Origin: Dehalococcoidia bacterium
Lineage (GTDB): Bacteria > Chloroflexota > Dehalococcoidia > Lucifugimonadales > Australimonadaceae
NCBI GenBank assembly: GCA_963579135.1
Contig: CAUZFB010000008.1
Location: 2,049 to 66,048, forward strand
Direction of reading: 5' to 3'
Length of the DNA: 64,000 bases
Part shown: positions 47,725 through 58,455 of the stretch, piece after piece
Numbering within the stretch: the first letter of the stretch is position 1
Layout: every line of letters starts with the position of its first letter
Program-made: the position numbers and the translations under genes
The notes under the pieces: generated by a model
What the model was told of the DNA's origin: nothing
Databases searched by the model: none
What the model saw: the letters and a program-made list of their open reading frames with translations, nothing else

Positions 47725-49829
47725 GCGGCGAGGTGCTTTACCGCAAGTGGCGGCCCCCACGCTTCGCCGACATCGTCGGCCAAGGGCCCATCACGCAGAC
47801 CCTCACCCAGGCCATCGCCACCGGGCGTACCGCACACGCCTACCTCCTCTGCGGCCCCCGGGGGACCGGCAAGACATCCACCGCCCGCGTGTTGGCCAAG
47901 GCTCTCAACTGCACGATGCGCCCACCTGGTTTCGGGGACCCCTGCGGGAACTGCGACGCCTGCCTCGCCATCGAGCGGGGTAATTTCGTGGACCTCATTG
48001 AGATTGACGCCGCCAGCAACCGTGGCATCGACGAGATGCGCGACCTTCGCGAGAAGGTTCGCTTCCTGCCCACCCAGGGCAAGTACAAGGTCTACATTAT
48101 CGACGAGGCGCACGCGCTCACCAACGACGCGTTCAACGCGTTCCTCAAGACCCTGGAGGAGCCGCCGCCGCACAGTGTGTTCATCCTCGCGACCACCGAG
48201 CCCCACCGGCTGCCTGCCACCATCATCTCGCGTTGCCAGCGATACGACTTCCATCGTATCTCCCCCAGCGACGTCGCTAAACGACTAGCGGAGATCGCCA
48301 CGGCCGAAGGCGTGGACGTTTCGCTAGAAGTTCTCCGCACGGTATCCCGAGCTGCAGGTGGCAGCCTCCGCGACGCCACCAACATGCTAGACCAACTGAT
48401 CACCTCGTTCGGCGCTAACGTCCAGATCGAACAAGTGCGTGAGTTGCTCGGCATCGGTGGCGAGGAGCGCGCCGTCGCTCTGGTCAAGCACCTGCTGACA
48501 AGCAACACCACCGCAGCGTTGGAGTTGATCAACACGGTCGCATCTGAGGGTCAGGACATCCGGCCGCTCCATCGCCTCACCGTCGATTTCCTTCGTGCAG
48601 CACTTCTGATGAAGTCCGGCGTCAAGGACTCCCTCGAGCTCTCCAAAGAGGCGTACACCGAGTTGTCGTTCGCAGCAAGGAACGCCACCATTGAGCACCT
48701 ACTGCGAGCGTTGCGCCTATTCGGTCAGGTGTCTCTAAAGTTCGACCAGCCGTCGCCGCTGCCGCTGGAGCTCGCGACGGTTGAGCTTAGCCTCGACCCG
48801 CAACCCGTGATCGTCGCGCAGGTCGCCCCGATGACACCTGCGCCTGTAGCAGCGCCCGCGCCTCAGCAGGCGCCACCGAGGCCAACGCAACAACCAACGT
48901 ACACGTCGCCGCAGCCGCACCCGCAGCAAGCCCCGGCGCAGCCTCAGCCCCAGCGGGCACAACCGACGCCAGCGCAAGGCCAACGTCCTCCGCAGGCCCC
49001 CGCTATCGCGCGTCCAGTCGAACCACCGCCACTAGTGTCCATCGATCCCAACGCGCCGGTCGAAGAACGTCTCGTCGCGGCCTGGCCCACCATCCTTCGG
49101 GCGCTGAGCCGCGTGCCGCGCCGCCGTTTTGACGTGGCCGCATTGTTCCGGAGCTCCACCAAGCGCCAGATCATCGGCACGGAACTGCTGGTCCGCTTCA
49201 CCCACACCTCCAACAGCGAACGGCTCCAAGACGAACTCGAAGATCCGAGGTGCAGACTCGAAGTCGAGCGGATCCTCGAGCAGGCGCTTGGCGCGAGCTA
49301 CACCATCAAGGTTGAGACCGACAGCAGTCGCAGCACCAGCAACCTCAACGCCGACCAGCCGGGACACCTCGTCCGCGCGGCCATGAGCCTGGGCGGCCAG
49401 GTGATCCAGAACCAAACTCCCACGCCTGAGCCTCCCGCTCCTGCCGCGCCTGCGATCGAGCCTCCAGCAGCGGCCGCCGTCGACCCACTGGTCGCACACG
49501 ACGCTTCCCCCGTTCCCGACGACACACCTGCTACGCCCGCTATCGAGCCCGCAACAGTCCCCGTCGTCGACCCGGCGGTCGCACAGGACGCAGCACCAGT
49601 TGCCGACGACACACCTGCCGCCTTCGCGATCGAGCCCGAAACGGCGGCCACCAAGAACGACGAGGCGCCGGCGATGGCCCAGAACCTCTTCAACGAGATG
49701 CAGGCGATACCCCGCCCGCCACCAGTGGACGATCTAGACAACGAGCTTATGCCGGCGGCGGCCCTGCCCAGCAACCAGATCCCCGCGGACTACTTCCCGG
49801 GGCCAGACGAAGAGGAGATGAACGGGTGA
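47721..49829 (+). CDS. dnaX: DNA polymerase III subunit gamma/tau
   Basis: 702-aa ORF with an AAA+ module (GPRGTGKTS, ..YIIDEAH..), a Cys4 zinc module (CGNCDAC), and a long Pro/Gln/Ala-rich linker. I saw no A-rich slippery site. Confidence 0.95.
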   Translation: MSGEVLYRKWRPPRFADIVGQGPITQTLTQAIATGRTAHAYLLCGPRGTGKTSTARVLAKALNCTMRPPGFGDPCGNCDACLAIERGNFVDLIEIDAASNRGIDEMRDLREKVRFLPTQGKYKVYIIDEAHALTNDAFNAFLKTLEEPPPHSVFILATTEPHRLPATIISRCQRYDFHRISPSDVAKRLAEIATAEGVDVSLEVLRTVSRAAGGSLRDATNMLDQLITSFGANVQIEQVRELLGIGGEERAVALVKHLLTSNTTAALELINTVASEGQDIRPLHRLTVDFLRAALLMKSGVKDSLELSKEAYTELSFAARNATIEHLLRALRLFGQVSLKFDQPSPLPLELATVELSLDPQPVIVAQVAPMTPAPVAAPAPQQAPPRPTQQPTYTSPQPHPQQAPAQPQPQRAQPTPAQGQRPPQAPAIARPVEPPPLVSIDPNAPVEERLVAAWPTILRALSRVPRRRFDVAALFRSSTKRQIIGTELLVRFTHTSNSERLQDELEDPRCRLEVERILEQALGASYTIKVETDSSRSTSNLNADQPGHLVRAAMSLGGQVIQNQTPTPEPPAPAAPAIEPPAAAAVDPLVAHDASPVPDDTPATPAIEPATVPVVDPAVAQDAAPVADDTPAAFAIEPETAATKNDEAPAMAQNLFNEMQAIPRPPPVDDLDNELMPAAALPSNQIPADYFPGPDEEEMNG
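49449..49645 (+). repeat. 87-nt (29-codon) tandem repeat, about 2.3 copies, inside the dnaX 3' region
   Basis: The ATCGAG anchors at 49455, 49542 and 49629 are spaced exactly 87 nt apart. The units encode PAIEPPAAAAVDPLVAHDASPVPDDTPAT / PAIEPATVPVVDPAVAQDAAPVADDTPAA / FAIEPETAA.... Confidence 0.6.
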
Positions 49830-50128
49830 ACAGGAATTTCATGAAGCAGGCCCAGCAGATGCAAACTAGGCTCGCCAAGGCCCAAGAAGAGCTGGAGACC
49901 ATGACCGTCGAAGCATCGTCCGGGGGTGGCGCTGTCAAATGCGTGGCCACGGGCAAGCAAACCATCGAGTCCATCACCATCGACCCCGGCGCCGTCGACC
50001 CTGACGATGTCGAAATCCTGCAGGATATGGTCCTGGCTGCGGTCAACGAGGCCCTAGCCAAGTCCCAGGAGATCGTTCAGGAGAAGATGGGTGCGATCAC
50101 CGGCGGCATGAAGCTCCCGGGGATGTAG
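49826..50128 (+). CDS. ybaB: nucleoid-associated protein YbaB/EbfC
   Basis: 100-aa ORF ..MKQAQQMQ..L...QEEL......SGGG.V......G......I.I.P..VDPDD.E.L.D.V..A.NEA... 4-nt overlap with dnaX, in the conserved dnaX-ybaB-recR order. Confidence 0.9.
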   Translation: MNRNFMKQAQQMQTRLAKAQEELETMTVEASSGGGAVKCVATGKQTIESITIDPGAVDPDDVEILQDMVLAAVNEALAKSQEIVQEKMGAITGGMKLPGM

Positions 50129-50132
50129 GACC

Positions 50133-50759
50133 GTGGCCTCCTACGGATACGACGGTAGCCATCCGTCGCTCGCCCCACCCGTCGCGCGCCTCATCGAGCA
50201 GTTGAACAAGCTGCCAGGGATCGGCCCCAAGAGCGCCCAGCGCCTCGCCTACTACGTGATCCGTATGCCCGCCGCCGACGCGACTGCGCTCTCCACCGCT
50301 ATCGGCACGGTCAAGGATTCCATCACGTTCTGCTCCAGCTGCCAGAACATCACCGAATCAGACCCCTGCGGCGTATGCGGCAACCCCTCGCGAGACCGCA
50401 CGTGCATCTGTGTGGTGCAGGAGCCCCTGGACGTGCTGGCGCTGGAGCGAACGTCGGTGTTCAGGGGCCTCTACCACGTCCTCCACGGCATCATCGACCC
50501 CATGAACAACGTCGGCCCTGAAGACCTACGCATCCGCGAGTTGCTCGCACGGCTCAGCGACGGCACGGTCCAGGAAGTCGTCGTCGCCACCAACCCCACG
50601 ATCGAGGGTGAAGCGACCGCCATGTACATCCGGCAGATCGTCTCGCCGCTGGGCCCAAAGGTCACGCGGCTCGCACGTGGCCTGCCTGTCGGTGGCGACC
50701 TCGAGTACGCTGACGACCTCACGCTTACCCGCGCGTTCGAGGGCCGCGGAGATTTCTAG
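50133..50759 (+). CDS. recR: recombination protein RecR
   Basis: 208-aa ORF with an HhH (..LPGIGPKSAQRLAYY..), a C4 zinc finger (CSSCQN....CGVC), and Toprim (..CVVQEPLDV.., ..ATNPTIEGEATA..). Confidence 0.95.
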   Translation: MASYGYDGSHPSLAPPVARLIEQLNKLPGIGPKSAQRLAYYVIRMPAADATALSTAIGTVKDSITFCSSCQNITESDPCGVCGNPSRDRTCICVVQEPLDVLALERTSVFRGLYHVLHGIIDPMNNVGPEDLRIRELLARLSDGTVQEVVVATNPTIEGEATAMYIRQIVSPLGPKVTRLARGLPVGGDLEYADDLTLTRAFEGRGDF

Positions 50760-50760
50760 G

Positions 50761-52047
50761 CTAACCCCGCCGCTCATGGATCAGCATCGGTAGGAGCGCC
50801 GAGCCAGCGGCGACGGCAACGATGACCCACAGCCCACCCGCGAGGCTGCCCGTAGCGTCGCGCACCATGCCCATCATCAGAGGCCCAGCGAATCCGCCTA
50901 TCTCGGCGACGGCAAAGAACACGCCGGCAGCACCGCCGACCCTCCGCGCTCCCACGCCCGGCGTCTCCATCAGCACCAGCGTGAGTACCTGCATCGCAGG
51001 CAAGCGTATGACCGTGCCCAGCAACACCATCGCGATCAGCCCCGGGCCAGTGAAGTACACGACCCCCACCGTGGTCAGCGCACCACCCATGAGCATCACC
51101 ACCAGCCAGATCCCCCGTGACCCCAGCCGCGCCAGCGACGGCACGGCAAAGTTGGAGATCATAGCCACCCCGATACTCACCGCTACCCAGCGCCCCGCGG
51201 TCGCAAGCGACATGCCGGTTTCCTGAAGGATGGTGGGGAGCCAGGCGCCAAGGGCATGGTTCATGAAGAACACGGCGAATCCAAGCAGTAGCACCAACTG
51301 CATATTCCGGATCTTCAACAGACTCAAGATGCCCTGATTCTGGCGAGCATGCGGGGAGGCGTCGATGTTACGTTCATCGCGGTCCGATGCCCGATCTGGT
51401 GGAGCCTCAGGCGCGTCTTTGCCGAACACGAGCCACAACACCGTGACAACGAGCGTTATCGCGCCATAAACAATAGAGATGCCGCGCCATGACCCGGTCA
51501 GCGCGATGACTAAGCTTGCCGCCGTCGCCAAAGCGAACACCGAGCCGATGTCTCGCCCCACGATGTAAGCACCTGTCGCGGGACCACGGTCGTCGCCCGA
51601 GAACCACTGGGCGACGACTTTGGGCATACCGATGGAGACGATCGGGCCACCCGCACCGAACACCGCGACCGCCAACAACAAGGTAACGAAGTCGGTGGCG
51701 AGCCCACGCAGAACCAGCGATAGCAGCATCAGGCCCAGGCCCAGCGACACGGCGCGGCGGGCTCCCCAACGGTCCACCAGCGACCCGAGCGGCGACGATG
51801 TGCCGATGAACACCAACTGCCACACGCCGAGGACTAACCCCATCTGCCCTGAGGTCATCTCTAGGTCTTCGATGATCGGGTCCACCAATGGAGGTATAGA
51901 CGCCGTCCCGAGTCCGAAGCAACCGTAAGCCATCGCGGCGAGCGCCAACATGCGCCAGCGCAAGGGGTCGTGGGCGACTCGCTTAGATGGTGGAGTTTGC
52001 ACGGGGATGATCAGCCTACGAAGGGGTCTCGGGCATGGTAGCAGCAC
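50761..52047 (-). CDS. MFS transporter
   Basis: Hydrophobic ORF with about 12 TM segments and the MFS loop motif ..GSLVDRWGARR... The start is uncertain (GTG 52047 or ATG about 51951). Confidence 0.8.
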   Translation of the reverse strand: MLLPCPRPLRRLIIPVQTPPSKRVAHDPLRWRMLALAAMAYGCFGLGTASIPPLVDPIIEDLEMTSGQMGLVLGVWQLVFIGTSSPLGSLVDRWGARRAVSLGLGLMLLSLVLRGLATDFVTLLLAVAVFGAGGPIVSIGMPKVVAQWFSGDDRGPATGAYIVGRDIGSVFALATAASLVIALTGSWRGISIVYGAITLVVTVLWLVFGKDAPEAPPDRASDRDERNIDASPHARQNQGILSLLKIRNMQLVLLLGFAVFFMNHALGAWLPTILQETGMSLATAGRWVAVSIGVAMISNFAVPSLARLGSRGIWLVVMLMGGALTTVGVVYFTGPGLIAMVLLGTVIRLPAMQVLTLVLMETPGVGARRVGGAAGVFFAVAEIGGFAGPLMMGMVRDATGSLAGGLWVIVAVAAGSALLPMLIHERRG

Positions 52048-52106
52048 TCCTGGTTTGAAGAGATTCCCCCTTGGCCGAGGCCACCCAACCGGGTACCCTT
52101 GAAGGG

Positions 52107-53450
52107 ATGTTTGACAACCTTACAGACAAGCTCACTGGAGTCTTCGCCAAGCTCGGCAACAAAGGCCGGATCACCGAGGAGGACGTAGACGCAGCCCTAC
52201 GCGAGGTACGGCTCGCGCTGCTGGAAGCAGACGTCAACTTCAAGGTGGCCCGTGAGTTCGTGGGGGCCATCCGCGAAAAGGCGGTCGGCGGGGGAGTACT
52301 CAAGGGAATCGCTCCTGGCCAGGCCGTGGTCAAAATCGTCCACGACCAGCTGGTCGAGCTCCTCGGCGAGGGTGACCACACGCTCAAGCCCAAAAGCGCG
52401 CCACCCAACGTCATCATGCTCGTTGGCCTCCAGGGCTCGGGCAAGACCACCACCGCCGCCAAACTCGCGTTGCACCTGCGTCGCCAGGACCAGCGAGCAC
52501 TGTTGATTGCTGCCGACATGCGGCGCCCCGCAGCGATAGACCAACTGGAGGCGCTGGGCAAGCAGCTCGACGTGCCGGTCTACCGAGAGAACGCGGGGCC
52601 CGACGATGCCCCCAAAGTCGCCGAGAACGGGATCAAGCGCGCCAAAGATATGGGCGTGATGTGGGCCATCGTCGACACCGGCGGCCGCCTGCACGTCGAC
52701 GAAGACCTCATGGACGAGCTCGACGAGATGAAGCGCCGCATCAACCCCGTTGAGGTGCTGCTGGTCGTGGACGCCATGACCGGCCAGGACGCGGTGAATG
52801 CGGCCGACGAGTTCAACAAACGCACGGGCCTGACGGGCCTGATCCTTTCCAAGCTCGACGGCGACGCACGCGGTGGTGCGGCGCTCTCGGCGACACACGT
52901 GACCGGTGTGCCTATCAAATTCGCGGGCACCGGCGAGAAGGCCGACGCCCTCGAAGCGTTCCACCCCGACCGCATGGCCTCACGCATTCTCGGCATGGGC
53001 GACGTGGTCACGCTGGTGGAGCGGGCGCAAGAACAGTTCAGCGAGGAGCAGGCGGTCGAGCTCGAGCGCAAGATGCGCAAGGCGCAGTTCGACCTGGACG
53101 ATTTCCTCACCCAGCTTCGACAGATCCAGAAGATGGGGTCCATCGCCTCTATCCTCGAGATGATTCCCGGCGCACGCGCACTGCGCGGCAAAATGCCAGC
53201 GGATGTTGACGACAAGAAACTAAAGCGCATGGAGGCGATGATCTCGTCGATGACCATGTGGGAGCGCCAACATCCGGAACGCATCAACGGCAGCCGCCGC
53301 AGGCGCATCGCCAACGGCTCTGGCACGACGCCAGCAGATCTGAATCAACTTCTGGCCCAATTCAAGCAGATGCAGAAGATGATGAAGCAGTTCGCCTCAG
53401 GGAAGATGAGCAAGCGTGGCCTCGCCGGCATGGGCATGCCTCGCATGTAG
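52107..53450 (+). CDS. ffh: signal recognition particle protein Ffh
   Basis: Canonical start MFDNLTDKL at ATG 52107. GTPase motifs GLQGSGKTTT, DTGGR, SKLD, and a Met-rich M domain. Confidence 0.95.
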   Translation: MFDNLTDKLTGVFAKLGNKGRITEEDVDAALREVRLALLEADVNFKVAREFVGAIREKAVGGGVLKGIAPGQAVVKIVHDQLVELLGEGDHTLKPKSAPPNVIMLVGLQGSGKTTTAAKLALHLRRQDQRALLIAADMRRPAAIDQLEALGKQLDVPVYRENAGPDDAPKVAENGIKRAKDMGVMWAIVDTGGRLHVDEDLMDELDEMKRRINPVEVLLVVDAMTGQDAVNAADEFNKRTGLTGLILSKLDGDARGGAALSATHVTGVPIKFAGTGEKADALEAFHPDRMASRILGMGDVVTLVERAQEQFSEEQAVELERKMRKAQFDLDDFLTQLRQIQKMGSIASILEMIPGARALRGKMPADVDDKKLKRMEAMISSMTMWERQHPERINGSRRRRIANGSGTTPADLNQLLAQFKQMQKMMKQFASGKMSKRGLAGMGMPRM

Positions 53451-53596
53451 GTCCTCTCGGCCACGACGTGGCCGGGTACGGGAAGATCCTAGAGCACGTA
53501 CAGCGGCGCGTCCGGGTTCGCCCCCGCGACGGAGAACCAGAGCACCTTCCTGCCCGGTAGCAGCGGCTACAACCGAGTCCCCAGGCGGTCGCGGGT

Positions 53597-54535
53597 CTAG
53601 CCTGCTTGCGCGGGGGCCTCGCCACCCTTGGCCAACCGCTGCTGCCGCAGGTGCGAGAAGAGGTACGTCGTCGCAATCCCACGGTATGGCACCCAGCGCT
53701 CTTTGCCGAAAGCCGAAAGCTCCGCCTCGGTGATTGTCGCTCCATCGAAGTAGAGATCTGATACCACGCGGCGCAGCGCGAGGTCTCCAGCAGGCAGCAC
53801 GTCGACCCGGCCAAGTGCGCGCATCAGCATCCACTCCGCCGACCAGCGGCCGATGCCCCGCACCTTGGTCAACTCAGCGATGACCTGTTCGTTGTCCATG
53901 TCCACGAACCGCTCGATCTCAAGCTCTCCCTCAAGCGTGCGTCGGGCAGTGTCCTGGACGTATTCAACCTTGCGAGCGCTCAGCTTGTGGCCACGCAACT
54001 CGTCGGGCGTTGCGTTGTTGAGGCTCTCCGGCGTAGGGAACGCATACAGCGTATGGCCTTCTGCATCGACCGGTACGCCGTAGGCCTCTATGAGTCCCTC
54101 GCGGATCACCCGCGCCACGTTGGCTGAGATCTGCTGTCCGATGATCGCGACCACCAACGCCTCGAAAATGCTCTCCGCGCGCGGCGGCCGCAACCCTCGC
54201 ATCCCGCCCACGGCTTCCGAAAGCGCCTCATCGTGCTCAAGCATCGAGTAAAAACCCGTCAGGTCGATATCTAGCGCCAGCAGGTGCACCATCGCCTCGC
54301 TCGCGAACGCCAGCTCAGGCTCTCCGCCTGCGGATAGCAACCGCACCTCGAGCTGCGCGTCATCCGTGGGCCGCGCAGCAGCGACGATGATATCGTTCCT
54401 TCGGCGCAGCGCACGGTAGTACGTACCGTCGGCGTAGAGATCTGCACCCGCGCGACCCATGAAGTGGGTCTGATGACCCACCGTCAGGTGAAAATCGAAC
54501 GGCTCGGGTAACGGCAACATGGTCGAGAGGGTCAT
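53597..54535 (-). CDS. alkA: DNA-3-methyladenine glycosylase II (AlkA-like, HhH-GPD superfamily)
   Basis: Start at ATG 54535 (MTLSTMLPLPEPFDF...). HhH-GPD region ..LTKVRGIGRWSAEWMLMR..VLPAGDLALRR.. with a catalytic Asp. Confidence 0.85.
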   Translation of the reverse strand: MTLSTMLPLPEPFDFHLTVGHQTHFMGRAGADLYADGTYYRALRRRNDIIVAAARPTDDAQLEVRLLSAGGEPELAFASEAMVHLLALDIDLTGFYSMLEHDEALSEAVGGMRGLRPPRAESIFEALVVAIIGQQISANVARVIREGLIEAYGVPVDAEGHTLYAFPTPESLNNATPDELRGHKLSARKVEYVQDTARRTLEGELEIERFVDMDNEQVIAELTKVRGIGRWSAEWMLMRALGRVDVLPAGDLALRRVVSDLYFDGATITEAELSAFGKERWVPYRGIATTYLFSHLRQQRLAKGGEAPAQAG

Positions 54536-54536
54536 C

Positions 54537-55814
54537 TCAGTCCTTATACGTCGCCACACCGCGCACGGTACTGATAACGATAAGCAGTGTGATGATCCCG
54601 ATAACCGAGCCCACGAGCAAGGCAATCGGTGCCGTGATAGCCGCTGCCATCGACCCCAGCATGAGCTGACCCATGGATGGTCCGCCCCGGTTCGAGAGTT
54701 GCATCACGGCGGTGGCGCGTCCTCGTATCTCGTCGGACACGGCGCCCTGAAGGATCGTGGAGCGCATGATGGCGCCCACGCCGTCAAGCCCGCCCACGGC
54801 GGCCAGCGCCAGCAGCGAGATCCAATACGTAGTCGACGTGGCGAAGATGGCCATTGCCCCCAGGTAGGCCACGTACGTACCAACGACTACCATGCCCTTG
54901 TGCCTGATATCACCGGCGATGAGCAGCACTGCCGAGCCGATCAGGAATCCCGCCGCGGGCGCCGACATCAGCACGCCGAAACCGAATGTCCCCACGTTCA
55001 GGATGTCCTCCGCGAAGATGGGCACGAGACCACGATGGTGCGTGAACAGCATCGCCACCACGTCCAGCAACATCATCGCCAGGATCACCTGGGTGCCGAA
55101 GACGAAGCGGAAGCCCTCGAGCATCGACTTCACTGACATCCCACGACGACGCACCTCAGGGTCAGGAGGCATGGGTTTCAGCAAGAACAGCGCCCCCACT
55201 GTCGGGACGAACACGACACTCACCGCCGCGTACGTCCAACCAGGCCCCACCCAGCCGATGAGCAATCCTCCCAGCGCAGGGCCCACCAACATCGAACCAT
55301 GACGTGCCGCCTGGTTCAACGTGATCGCGTTCATCAGGTGGGTCCGTGGCACCAGTCGAGGGAGCATCGCCATGCGCGCAGGCCCTTCGAACGTGTTCAC
55401 CGCAGCCGTCACGAGCGTCGTGGCGTAGATATGCCAGACTTCGATGTTCCCCGTGATCGCCAGCGCGGCTAGCACTGCGGCAAGCAGGAAGTTGCCCACT
55501 TGCGTGAGGATCAGCAGATTCCGGCGGTCCACCATGTCCGCGACCGAACCTCCGACGAATACGAGGAGCAGCATCGGCGCGAACTGGAATACACCCAACA
55601 ACCCGAGGCTGAGCGGAGACCTCGTAATCTCGTAGATGAGCCAGAGGTTGGTCACCTGCCGCATCTGGAACCCCACGAAGCCCACCATGAAGCTCACGAG
55701 CACGAGCCGGAACTCGTAGAACTCGAATGAGCCGAGGGGACGCACTCTCACAGAGGGGTCTCTGTCATCAGCTAGCTTTGTTACATCCGGCGATTTATCC
55801 GACGTTTCAGCCAA
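54537..55814 (-). CDS. MFS transporter
   Basis: 425-aa hydrophobic ORF with about 12 TM segments and ..GGSVADMVDRR.. in the loop 2-3 position. Confidence 0.85.
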   Translation of the reverse strand: MAETSDKSPDVTKLADDRDPSVRVRPLGSFEFYEFRLVLVSFMVGFVGFQMRQVTNLWLIYEITRSPLSLGLLGVFQFAPMLLLVFVGGSVADMVDRRNLLILTQVGNFLLAAVLAALAITGNIEVWHIYATTLVTAAVNTFEGPARMAMLPRLVPRTHLMNAITLNQAARHGSMLVGPALGGLLIGWVGPGWTYAAVSVVFVPTVGALFLLKPMPPDPEVRRRGMSVKSMLEGFRFVFGTQVILAMMLLDVVAMLFTHHRGLVPIFAEDILNVGTFGFGVLMSAPAAGFLIGSAVLLIAGDIRHKGMVVVGTYVAYLGAMAIFATSTTYWISLLALAAVGGLDGVGAIMRSTILQGAVSDEIRGRATAVMQLSNRGGPSMGQLMLGSMAAAITAPIALLVGSVIGIITLLIVISTVRGVATYKD

Positions 55815-55841
55815 TTCGTCTCCGGCGTGCAGTTGGTTCGT

Positions 55842-56393
55842 CTAGTCCTTTATCAGGCCGCCCGGTTGGCAGCTACGGCACCAGCTTGTGATGCGCTGGT
55901 TCGGCGTTATCTCTGAGACGATTGCACCACAGCGCGGGCAAGGCTCGCTCGCTTTGCGGTGCACCTTGAGGAAATGACGGACCTCCCGATGGATGTCCGG
56001 AGGCATCCGTTCACGGACGACGTCAATCGCCTCCTGGAGCACCTCTGGCACCGCATCGTAGACCTTGCGCAACTCCTCGTCACTCAAGTCCTTACGCTTG
56101 CGGAAAGGCGAGACACGCGCAGCCCAAAGGATGTCGTCCACGTATGCGTTCCCGATCCCAGACAGAAACTTGCCCCGCGCCAGCACGCGGTCGGGGTTCA
56201 GAGGGAACAGCAGGTCTTTACCGAGACGAGGCACCTTGCCGAACGTGTGCCCAGTCACATCGGCGACGAAATCGTCGGCGGCCAGCGAGCGAGCAATCCG
56301 TGGGCGACGCGCTTCGGCACGTACGATCTCGCGCCCCGCGATCCGCTCGTTCAGGAAATCCTTGACCACCTCAAGATCGGGTATCTCTGGCAT
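55842..56393 (-). CDS. Fpg/Nei family DNA glycosylase with a large in-frame internal deletion (183 aa versus about 270)
   Basis: MPEIPDLEVV.. N-terminus (Pro2/Glu3), ..RLGKDLL.. Lys, then a direct jump to the H2TH segment ..GIGNAYVDDILWAARVSP.., and the C4 zinc finger CPRCG...CRSCQ. Confidence 0.7.
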   Translation of the reverse strand: MPEIPDLEVVKDFLNERIAGREIVRAEARRPRIARSLAADDFVADVTGHTFGKVPRLGKDLLFPLNPDRVLARGKFLSGIGNAYVDDILWAARVSPFRKRKDLSDEELRKVYDAVPEVLQEAIDVVRERMPPDIHREVRHFLKVHRKASEPCPRCGAIVSEITPNQRITSWCRSCQPGGLIKD

Positions 56394-56532
56394 CGGCTTG
56401 CGTTCAAGTATACCTCTGCCTCGTGGACTGCCCGCACCGCGCATGCCTCCTATGCACAGCGGAGGCCAGGTGCAAGCTAAACGCCAGCCCATATTCGCGA
56501 GCGAGCTCTACCAGGAAGCGTCCACTGTTTAA

Positions 56533-56832
56533 TGGCGTGCGTTCTTTCCGCTCGCATCCACCGCTGGTGGCAGGGCCCTGATCGTCAACTTCATCGCCGT
56601 TCGATTCGGGCTCTTCCCTGCGGCAAGGGTCGTCGAGGATGCGGCGACGATCGCCCTGGCCGCACGGGATCTGTCCCTCCCCAAGGCGCTCATCTCGACC
56701 ACCGTCGCAGAAGGACTAATCATCCCGTTCGTCCTCATCGGCATCCTCTTGTTAGTCGAGGACTATCGCAACCTTGAAGCTAACGCTGAGAATCCTGAAC
56801 CATCGATCTCGCCACCGACGACTGGCCTTTAA
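56533..56832 (+). pseudogene. start-less coding-like segment (possible C-terminal remnant of a membrane protein)
   Basis: A 99-codon open frame bounded by TAA 56530 and TAA 56830, with high third-position GC and hydrophobic protein-like translation (..RALIVNFIAVRFGLFPAARVVEDAATIALAARDLSLPKALISTTVAEGLIIPFVLIGILLLVEDYRNL..). No ATG/GTG/TTG occurs before codon 77. Confidence 0.25.
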
Positions 56833-56836
56833 GAAG

Positions 56837-56864
56837 AACGGCCCTCGGAAATCCGAGGGCCGTT
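56837..56864 (-). terminator. rho-independent terminator after rpoD
   Basis: Perfect 12-bp stem AACGGCCCTCGG / CCGAGGGCCGTT with loop AAAT. The minus strand is followed by TTCTTCTT, 36 nt after the rpoD stop. Confidence 0.75.
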
Positions 56865-56899
56865 TCACTATCTGCTTTTTCAGGGCTGGTGTCGCAGCG

Positions 56900-58414
<1,515 letters not shown>

Positions 58415-58455
58415 GTCAGCTCCTCATTCGCTTGGCGCGGTGGCGCTCGGGGTGC

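Noticed and set aside
47721-49829. A programmed -1 frameshift site for a gamma product in dnaX.
   Set aside because: I saw no A-rich slippery heptamer (A AAA AAG / A AAA AAA type) or adjacent stable hairpin in the linker region.
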